64,000 bases of DNA. It comes from Planctomycetota bacterium (GTDB taxonomy: Bacteria; Planctomycetota; UBA1135; UBA2386). Shown piece after piece: positions 57,296 to 64,000 of this stretch. Under the pieces are notes generated by a model. The model made no database searches. It worked only from the letters and a program-made list of their open reading frames with translations, and was not told where the DNA came from. A program made the translations under genes and the position numbers. Position 1 is the first letter of the stretch; each line of letters begins with the position of its first letter. The DNA lies in assembly GCA_965228735.1 (NCBI GenBank), contig OZ245838.1, positions 3,360,001-3,424,000 on the forward strand, written 5' to 3'.

Positions 57296-60200
57296 ATGCC
57301 GAACCGTGACCACGATTCCAGAGAGCGCGATCCGAGAGACCGCGACGCCCAGCTCGAACGCGACGGCCAGGGCCCGATGCGCGCGCGCCTCGGCGGTGAG
57401 ACGGTGGAGCCGCGCATCCTGCTCTCGGCAACCTGGCTCGTCGACATCATCACGACGCCACCACCCGACATCCTCGGGGTCACCGGCACCGATGGCGCGG
57501 ACCGCCTCGTCGGCACGATCGGAGAGGACAGCATGTACGGGGGTGGCGGTGACGACGTGCTGGTGGTTCAGGACAACGACGATGGCGACGATGACGATGA
57601 CGACCGCAGCGTTCTCGACGGCGGGACCGGTCGCGACGTCGTCGACTTCGGCGCGTCCGCGGCCGGCACGACCATCGACCTGTCCGCCGGCACCGCGATC
57701 GGTGGCGGCGGTTCGACCACGCTGACCAACATCGAGGGCGCCTACGGCTCGTCGCACGCCGACGTGTTCGCGTTCGCTTCGGCGGCGGCCGGCGACGAGT
57801 TCACCGTCGTCGGCAACGGCGGCCAGGACTTCCTCGACCTCCAGAAATACGACTCGAGCGCCGCCACGTTCGAGAACGGCGCGCTCGTGATCGACCTCGG
57901 CGGGGGCGAGTCGTTCCGGATCAACTACGACGAGGTCGAGCGGATCCAGTTCGGAGACGTGCTCGCGAAGGTCCTGACCGGCGACCACGTCAACACGTCG
58001 TTCACGGGCGACGGTCTCTACGTGTTCGAGGACACCGCCTTCGCGCTGTCCTTCACGGGCGGCGGCGACCTCGACTGGCGGTTCGACGCGACGACGGACA
58101 CGATCACGGTGAATGGGTCGGCCGGCGCGACGGCCGGCACGGAGCTCGTCATCGACGATCTGGGCCGGAGCCCGATCACGGTCTCGACGATCACCCTGAG
58201 CGAGAACCTGCGGGCGATCTCGAGCTCGGCCGACGTCGACAACCTCGATCTCAACGGCTTCGACGTCGACACCGTGACCGTCGGCAACGGCACGGGGACC
58301 ATCGGCACGCTCGTCACGCCCACCATCGACAGCGACCTCTCGGTCAACGCCAACGTGACGACCGTCACGATCGCGGGCGACATCGACCGCGCGGTCACGA
58401 TCGGCGGCAACGTCGGCTCGATCGATGCGCAGACGATCAACGGCCCCCTCGCGATCTCCGGCGACGCCGGGACCCTGACCGCCGACACGATCAACGGCGA
58501 CGTGACGATCAAGGGCGACCTCGGGAGCGCCACCGTCACGACGTTCCAGACCTCGGCCACGCTGCGGGTCGACAACCCGACGGGTATCGTCAACCTCACG
58601 TTCGGCGGCAGCGACCGCAGCTTCGACACCGGCGACGAGCCGTTCGTCTACCGCGCGGCGGTCGACGCGTTCAACCTCGTGCCGATCGCTCTCGCCGGCA
58701 GCGACCAGGTCGTGCAGGAAGGCGACGCCGTCGGGCTCGACGGCCGCGGCTCGACCGATCCGAAGACCACCGGCCTGACCTACCGCTGGACGCAGGTGTC
58801 CGGGCCGGCCGTCACGCTGATCGACGGCGACACCGCGACGCCGCGCTTCACGGCTCCCGAGGGCCTCGTGAACACCACGATCGAGTTCGAGCTCCAGGTC
58901 GACGACGGCGAGGACGTCGCGGTCGATCGCGTCGTCGTGACCGTCCAGGCCGACAACGACGCCCCGATCGCGAACGCGGGCACCGACCGCATCGTGGCCG
59001 AAGGGAACGCGACCGCGTTGGACGGCCGCGGCAGCGTCGACCCCGAGGCTCAGGGCCTGACCTACTCGTGGCGGCAGATCAGTGGCCCGCCCGTGACGCT
59101 CGTCAACCCGACGGCCGCGGTCACCGGCTTCGTCGCGCCCGAGGGCCTCGCCAACTCCGTCGCACAGTTCGAACTCACGGTCTCGGACGGCGCATCCGCG
59201 AGCGTCGACACCGTGTCGGTCATCATGCTCGCCGACAACGACGCTCCGACCGCGAACGCGGGCGCGGACCAGACGGTCGACGAGGGCGACACGATCGTCC
59301 TCGACGGCAGCGGCAGCACCGATCCCGAGAACGGCACGCTGAGCTACGCGTGGCAACAGGTCTCGGGCCCGCCGGTCCAGATCGTGGCGGCCGACCAGCC
59401 GCTCGCGCAGACCGACGCCGACGGGTCGTCGTTCACGACGTTCACCCGGACGGCCGACGGGCGCGTGCACTTCATCGCGCCGGAAGGCCTGAGCAACACG
59501 ACGGCCACGTTCCGGCTCATCGTCGACGACGGCACGACGCGCAGCATAGACACCGTGACCATCACGATCCGCGCCGACGACGACGCTCCGACCGTCGACG
59601 CCGGCCCCAACCGCCAGATCACCGCGGGCGAAGTCGTGAAGCTCGCGGCCGACGGGCGCGACCCGGAGAACCAGCCGCTGAGCTACCGCTGGGTGCAGCT
59701 GTCGGGCCCCACGGTCACGCTGTCCGACCCCACCGCGGAGTCACCGACGTTCCAGGTGCCGACCGGCCACACGGGCGAGATGGTCGTGTTCGGGGTGCAG
59801 GCCTCGGACGGCACGTCGACCTCGTTCGACACGGTCGCGATGCGGATCGAGAACTCGCCCCCGGTCGTCGTCGCCGGCAGCGCGGGCAACGCCGAGTCGG
59901 GTGAATCGGTCGGACTCTCGGCCTTCGCTCAGGACGTCGACGGCGACGACCTCACCTACCGCTGGACGCAGGTCGGTGGGCCGAGCGTCAACCTCGCGGG
60001 CACGGACCTGCCGAACGCGACGTTCCAGGCCCCCGAGGTCTCGGGCACGACGCAGCTGCGCTTCCAGATCGAGGTCAACGACGGCCAGACGACGACGGTC
60101 CAGTTCGTCACCGTCGAGGTCGAACCCGAATCGGCGGCGAACTCCAAGACGCCGGGCGGCCCGGTCGCGACGCCCGTCGGCGTGGTGTCGCCGGGCGAAC

Positions 60201-60943
60201 CCGAACCCGAACCCGATCCGGGGGCGGGCTCGAGCGGCAACGCCGGGACGACCGCGAACGAAGGCTCGCCGCCAACGACGGGCACGACCACGACCGGCTC
60301 GACCACGACGAGCGAACCGGACGACGCCGACCCGGCGGCCGATGCCCTCGACCCGTTCGACAACGGTCTCCTCGCGTCGCCGTCCGACGCCGCCGACGCC
60401 GACGCCGACGCGCTGCGTTCCGCCGGCGACGACCGCGCGAGCGACGACCAGACGGCGAACGATGCCACGGCCGACGACGATCTGGCTGCGAACGCCACCG
60501 TCGATGCCGACGCCCAGACGCTGGCGGACGACGCACCGATCCTCGCGCTCGCGGGCTCCGAGGTGGAGCTCGAGTCGTTCTTCCTCGCCCAGGACACCGC
60601 GGAACCGACGCAGGTGACCTGGACGCAGCTCTCGGGCACGGCGGTCGACTTCGCGAGCGAGGGCGCGCAGCTCAGGATCCAGCTGCCGGAGTCGTTCACC
60701 GCCGAGGAGCTGGTCTTCGAGGTCGAGATGATGATCGACGGCGAGATCCGCGTGCAGGAGATCACCGTCGCGGTGCAGCCGGTCGACGCGGAGCAGCGCA
60801 CCAACGCGACGCCGAAGTTGCCGGAGCGCCAACTCGCGGACCTCGACAACCCGACCGACAGCGAGTCGCGCGGCGTCGGCAAGCTCTGGGCCGCGCTCGT
60901 CGCGTTCACGAGCGCCGGGCCCACCCGACTGCCGAGGAGCTGA
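57296..60943 (+). CDS. LEPR-XLL adhesin-like protein with RTX-type repeats and six PKD-like domains
   Basis: VEPRILLSA near the N-terminus; no Sec signal; GGGGDDVL, GGTGRDVV, LTNIEGAYGS.HAD; (Y)xWxQxSG repeated six times; acidic linker. Confidence 0.85.
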   Translation: MPNRDHDSRERDPRDRDAQLERDGQGPMRARLGGETVEPRILLSATWLVDIITTPPPDILGVTGTDGADRLVGTIGEDSMYGGGGDDVLVVQDNDDGDDDDDDRSVLDGGTGRDVVDFGASAAGTTIDLSAGTAIGGGGSTTLTNIEGAYGSSHADVFAFASAAAGDEFTVVGNGGQDFLDLQKYDSSAATFENGALVIDLGGGESFRINYDEVERIQFGDVLAKVLTGDHVNTSFTGDGLYVFEDTAFALSFTGGGDLDWRFDATTDTITVNGSAGATAGTELVIDDLGRSPITVSTITLSENLRAISSSADVDNLDLNGFDVDTVTVGNGTGTIGTLVTPTIDSDLSVNANVTTVTIAGDIDRAVTIGGNVGSIDAQTINGPLAISGDAGTLTADTINGDVTIKGDLGSATVTTFQTSATLRVDNPTGIVNLTFGGSDRSFDTGDEPFVYRAAVDAFNLVPIALAGSDQVVQEGDAVGLDGRGSTDPKTTGLTYRWTQVSGPAVTLIDGDTATPRFTAPEGLVNTTIEFELQVDDGEDVAVDRVVVTVQADNDAPIANAGTDRIVAEGNATALDGRGSVDPEAQGLTYSWRQISGPPVTLVNPTAAVTGFVAPEGLANSVAQFELTVSDGASASVDTVSVIMLADNDAPTANAGADQTVDEGDTIVLDGSGSTDPENGTLSYAWQQVSGPPVQIVAADQPLAQTDADGSSFTTFTRTADGRVHFIAPEGLSNTTATFRLIVDDGTTRSIDTVTITIRADDDAPTVDAGPNRQITAGEVVKLAADGRDPENQPLSYRWVQLSGPTVTLSDPTAESPTFQVPTGHTGEMVVFGVQASDGTSTSFDTVAMRIENSPPVVVAGSAGNAESGESVGLSAFAQDVDGDDLTYRWTQVGGPSVNLAGTDLPNATFQAPEVSGTTQLRFQIEVNDGQTTTVQFVTVEVEPESAANSKTPGGPVATPVGVVSPGEPEPEPDPGAGSSGNAGTTANEGSPPTTGTTTTGSTTTSEPDDADPAADALDPFDNGLLASPSDAADADADALRSAGDDRASDDQTANDATADDDLAANATVDADAQTLADDAPILALAGSEVELESFFLAQDTAEPTQVTWTQLSGTAVDFASEGAQLRIQLPESFTAEELVFEVEMMIDGEIRVQEITVAVQPVDAEQRTNATPKLPERQLADLDNPTDSESRGVGKLWAALVAFTSAGPTRLPRS

Positions 60944-61032
60944 GATGCCGACACGGCCGCAGCATGACGACTTCGGGAAAACCACGAACTCGGGGATGAC
61001 CCAGGGTCGATGAGTCAGGTGGGGAAAACACG

Positions 61033-61926
61033 ATGACGAGCAGACTTGGATTCCTGGGATGCGGCGCCGTTCTGACGGTGCTCGGTTGGCCCGGTGAGTG
61101 GAACGCCACGCCGGCCCCCACGGCGCCGCCGGTGTCGCGACCGCTGATCGGCGTCACGGTCCCGAGCCAGGTCGCGCAGGTCGCGCCCGAACAGGCCGGC
61201 AAGATCGTCGACATGCCGTTCAAGGCCGGTGATCGCGTCACGCGCGACCAGGTGCTCTTCCGGCTCAACTCGACGCTGCAGGAACTCGAGGTCGAACGGC
61301 TGCGGCCACTCGCGGAGTCGGATCTCGTCGTCCGGCGCGCGACGGCCGAGCTCGCACACGAGCGGCAGAAGACGGCGCGGTTGCGCGACCTCGAGGACCA
61401 GGAGATCACGAGCGCCGCCGACCTGCTCGATCAGGTCCACCGCGAGACCGTCGCCGAGCTCAAGCTGCAGCAGGCCCGGATCGAACAGGGCCAGGCTCGA
61501 AACCGCCTCGCGCAGGCGATCGAGCGGCTGGAGCAACAGTCCGTTCGCAGCCCGTTCGACGGCATCGTGACCCTGCGCATGAAGAGCGCGGGCGAGAGCG
61601 TCGAACGCTTCGTCCCCGTGCTCGAGGTGATGAGCTTCGATCCGCTGTGGATCGAGTTCGATTGCCCGACGCACCGCATCCGCGAGTTCGAAGCCGGCAC
61701 CCGCATCGAGGTCACGCCGGCACGCCAGCCGGACGAGAAGCGCACGGCCGTGGTCGAGTTCGTCTCGCCCAAGGGCAACGCGGCGAGCCACACGCTGATG
61801 GTGCGCGCGACCCTGAGGAATCCGAGCGGCGCCGAGTCGTGGGGCTCCGGACTCAAGGTCCTCGTCCAACGACTGGAGCAACCGACCGGCCAACCGGCGG
61901 CCCGCCCGGCCCGACCCGGCAAGTGA
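61033..61926 (+). CDS. HlyD/MFP periplasmic adaptor subunit
   Basis: G.I..M..KAGDRV...QVL..L, coiled coil, VRSPFDGIV....GE.V, V.FVSP..NAASHT..VRA. Confidence 0.88.
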   Translation: MTSRLGFLGCGAVLTVLGWPGEWNATPAPTAPPVSRPLIGVTVPSQVAQVAPEQAGKIVDMPFKAGDRVTRDQVLFRLNSTLQELEVERLRPLAESDLVVRRATAELAHERQKTARLRDLEDQEITSAADLLDQVHRETVAELKLQQARIEQGQARNRLAQAIERLEQQSVRSPFDGIVTLRMKSAGESVERFVPVLEVMSFDPLWIEFDCPTHRIREFEAGTRIEVTPARQPDEKRTAVVEFVSPKGNAASHTLMVRATLRNPSGAESWGSGLKVLVQRLEQPTGQPAARPARPGK

Positions 61927-61966
61927 GCCCGAGCGCGCACCGCCAGGAGAACACCGAAGAACTGCC

Positions 61967-62395
61967 ATGAACGACCGCCACGAACCCGAAGGCTCGATCG
62001 ACGAGCTGCTCGACGATCTCGAGATCCGCTGCGCCACGGGCGTCGGCGCGGCTCGCCACGTGTCCTCCTCGCGGCGTCGGATGGCGATCGCGATCCGCCC
62101 CGGCAACGTCCACGAACGCGGGAGCGCGAACCCGGCCATCGCCGGTGAGAGCACCGAGTTCCGACGCCAGGGACTGACCCTGCGAACGGCACGCCCGCTG
62201 ATGGTCGGCGACATCTTTCACCTGACGTTCGACGCGCCCGACTACGACGTCGCGCCGGTCCTCGCGATGTGCGAGCGCTGCTCGATGCTCGGGACGGACT
62301 CGTTCGAAGTGCGCTTCCTGCTCGTGCGCGAGCCCGACCTACCGGAGCCACAACCGTTCGCCCCGGCGGGCACGGACGACGAGCTCGACTCGTAG
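61967..62395 (+). CDS. PilZ-like small protein (degenerate)
   Basis: R....R then G.....L.T.RPL.VGD.F.L.F...C.RC......FEV.F beta-barrel pattern. Confidence 0.5.
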   Translation: MNDRHEPEGSIDELLDDLEIRCATGVGAARHVSSSRRRMAIAIRPGNVHERGSANPAIAGESTEFRRQGLTLRTARPLMVGDIFHLTFDAPDYDVAPVLAMCERCSMLGTDSFEVRFLLVREPDLPEPQPFAPAGTDDELDS

Positions 62396-62433
62396 CACGA
62401 AGAACCGCCGGCGGCCATCCCACACGAACGACA

Positions 62434-64000
62434 GTGACCGATACCGAACAGACCACACCGCGGCCAGCAAGCGGCAACGCGCTGAGCCTGACGGCGCTGC
62501 AGTGCGACCTGCGCACGCTGCTGGCCAACCGGCCGACGAACCGTGCTCTGCTCGGCGTCCTGCAGCACATCGGCGACCGGCTCGGCGCGGTCTACGCCGT
62601 CGTGCACGCTCGGCTCGGCGTCCATCTGTTGTCGGAGGAGTGGCAACCGCCGCGGAACGAAATCGACAGCGACGCTCGCGACTTCGTGAACTCGCGGTTG
62701 TGGGAAGCGATCTCGGCCGAGGAAGCGCTGTGCACCCGGGTCCCCGGCGGCGGCGTGCTGATCGCCGCGATCATGTACGACGGCGACATCGAGCCGTCGG
62801 GCGGTGCCGGCATCGTCGTCGAGGACTGCGACAAGCAGGAGGCGATGCTGATCCTCGCGCAGCTCGAGGGCGTGCTCGGCTTCCTGTCCCTGCTGCTCGG
62901 CGAGCGCATCACGGACTCGACGCAGCTCGCCGAACGCCGCGCGATCGAACCGCACGCGGCCGCCAGTCACCCGACGCGCCTCGCCTACGCCGTCATCAGC
63001 GAGGTCGAAGCGCGCTACGGCTGCGACCTCACGGCGATCGGCTTCGTGAACGGCAACCGCGTCGAGGTGGCGGCCGTCAGCGGCGTCGAAGAACTGCGAC
63101 AGGCCAACCCCGGCGTCGCCGTGCTGCGGGCGGCGATGGAGGAGTGCCGCGATCGCGGCGCTCCGATCGTCTGCGCGCCGAACGCCCGCGGCGCAGGCGG
63201 CGGCGGCGAGGGCGACGAAGTGAACGACGACTGCCGCCTGCACGCGCAGTGGAGCGCGGCGAACAACGGCAACGCCGTCGCGTCACTGCCGTTGATCTCG
63301 ATGAACGAGGTCGTCGCCGTAGTCTCGATGGCCCAGGGTGCGGGCACGCAGCTGACTGCCGCCCAGATCGAGCTCATCGCGGAGGAGCTGTCGGGCTACG
63401 CCGACCTCGTGCCGCTGACGCGCTCCGCCGCGCGCGGCCTCGTCGCGCACACCCGCGACGCGGTCCGGGACGGGCTCCGGCGCCTGTTCGCGCCGGGCGG
63501 CCGCCGGCTGCTCGCGATGCTGTTGATGTTCGCGGGACTGTCGACCTGGCTCGCGATGGGCACGCTCCACCACACGTTCACGGTGCCGTGCGTCGTGAAG
63601 GCCAAGGAACGGCGAACGATCGCGTGTCCGCGCAACGGCGTGCTGACGGAGCTGTTCGCGCAACCGGGCGACCGGGTGCGGGCGGGCCAGTTGCTCGCCG
63701 CGCTCGACGCGAACGAGGAGTTCCTGCGCCGCGCCGAGCTCACGGCCGAGATCGAGTCGCTCGACGCGCTCATCGACGCGGCCGTCGCGGACCGCGCAGC
63801 CGGCCAGCTGCGCGTGCACGAGGCCAAGCGGCAGAGCGTCGCCGCCGAGCTCGCCGTCGTCGACGAACGGATCGGCCAGTCGCAGATCCGGGCGCCGCAA
63901 GACGGCCTCATCCTCGAGGGCGATCTCCGCGAGAGCCTCGGCGGGCGCATCAAGATGGGCGAGCCGCTGTTCGAGCTGGCCCGCTACGACCAGGCGTCGA
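62434..64000 (+). CDS. GAF-like domain(s) + TM + HlyD/MFP adaptor fusion (3' end beyond window)
   Basis: My translation from GTG 62434, open to the window end: VAAVSG...AAMEECRD...LH..W....VASLPL, TM, RTIACPRNGVL.E....PGDRV.AGQLL..LD, IRAPQDG.IL.GDL....G..I..GEPLFELA. Confidence 0.85.
   Translation, partial: MTDTEQTTPRPASGNALSLTALQCDLRTLLANRPTNRALLGVLQHIGDRLGAVYAVVHARLGVHLLSEEWQPPRNEIDSDARDFVNSRLWEAISAEEALCTRVPGGGVLIAAIMYDGDIEPSGGAGIVVEDCDKQEAMLILAQLEGVLGFLSLLLGERITDSTQLAERRAIEPHAAASHPTRLAYAVISEVEARYGCDLTAIGFVNGNRVEVAAVSGVEELRQANPGVAVLRAAMEECRDRGAPIVCAPNARGAGGGGEGDEVNDDCRLHAQWSAANNGNAVASLPLISMNEVVAVVSMAQGAGTQLTAAQIELIAEELSGYADLVPLTRSAARGLVAHTRDAVRDGLRRLFAPGGRRLLAMLLMFAGLSTWLAMGTLHHTFTVPCVVKAKERRTIACPRNGVLTELFAQPGDRVRAGQLLAALDANEEFLRRAELTAEIESLDALIDAAVADRAAGQLRVHEAKRQSVAAELAVVDERIGQSQIRAPQDGLILEGDLRESLGGRIKMGEPLFELARYDQAS

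Overview
High-GC (roughly 70% by eye) bacterial chromosomal segment with about 44 protein-coding genes. I found no rRNA, tRNA, CRISPR array, integrase or transposase. The gene set (TIGR02999-type ECF sigma coupled to a Ser/Thr kinase, LEPR-XLL adhesin, bacterial topoisomerase VI, MqnA, FG-GAP/Kelch exoproteins) points to Planctomycetota; this is an inference. Recognisable loci: top6B-top6A, rpsO-pnp, an AbiE-like type IV toxin-antitoxin pair, two hybrid histidine kinases, a secretin/GspK operon interleaved with sugar-activation and GT-C glycosylation genes, and a LEPR-XLL/RTX/PKD adhesin followed by HlyD-like adaptors (runs off the right edge). The strongest unexplained signal is that seven secreted proteins with several different passenger folds end in the same ~100-130 aa C-terminal module (P..G..h..Q...(DP)...SN..stop). 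All 13 predicted Sec/SPI substrates also start their mature chain with Gln. Together these suggest an unnamed C-terminal sorting or anchoring system. Other highlights: a PNPase with a ~350 aa R/G/D/E disordered tail, -10 hexamers placed for leaderless translation, and several structured intergenic elements. All calls come from manual reading of the sequence; no database searches were run.
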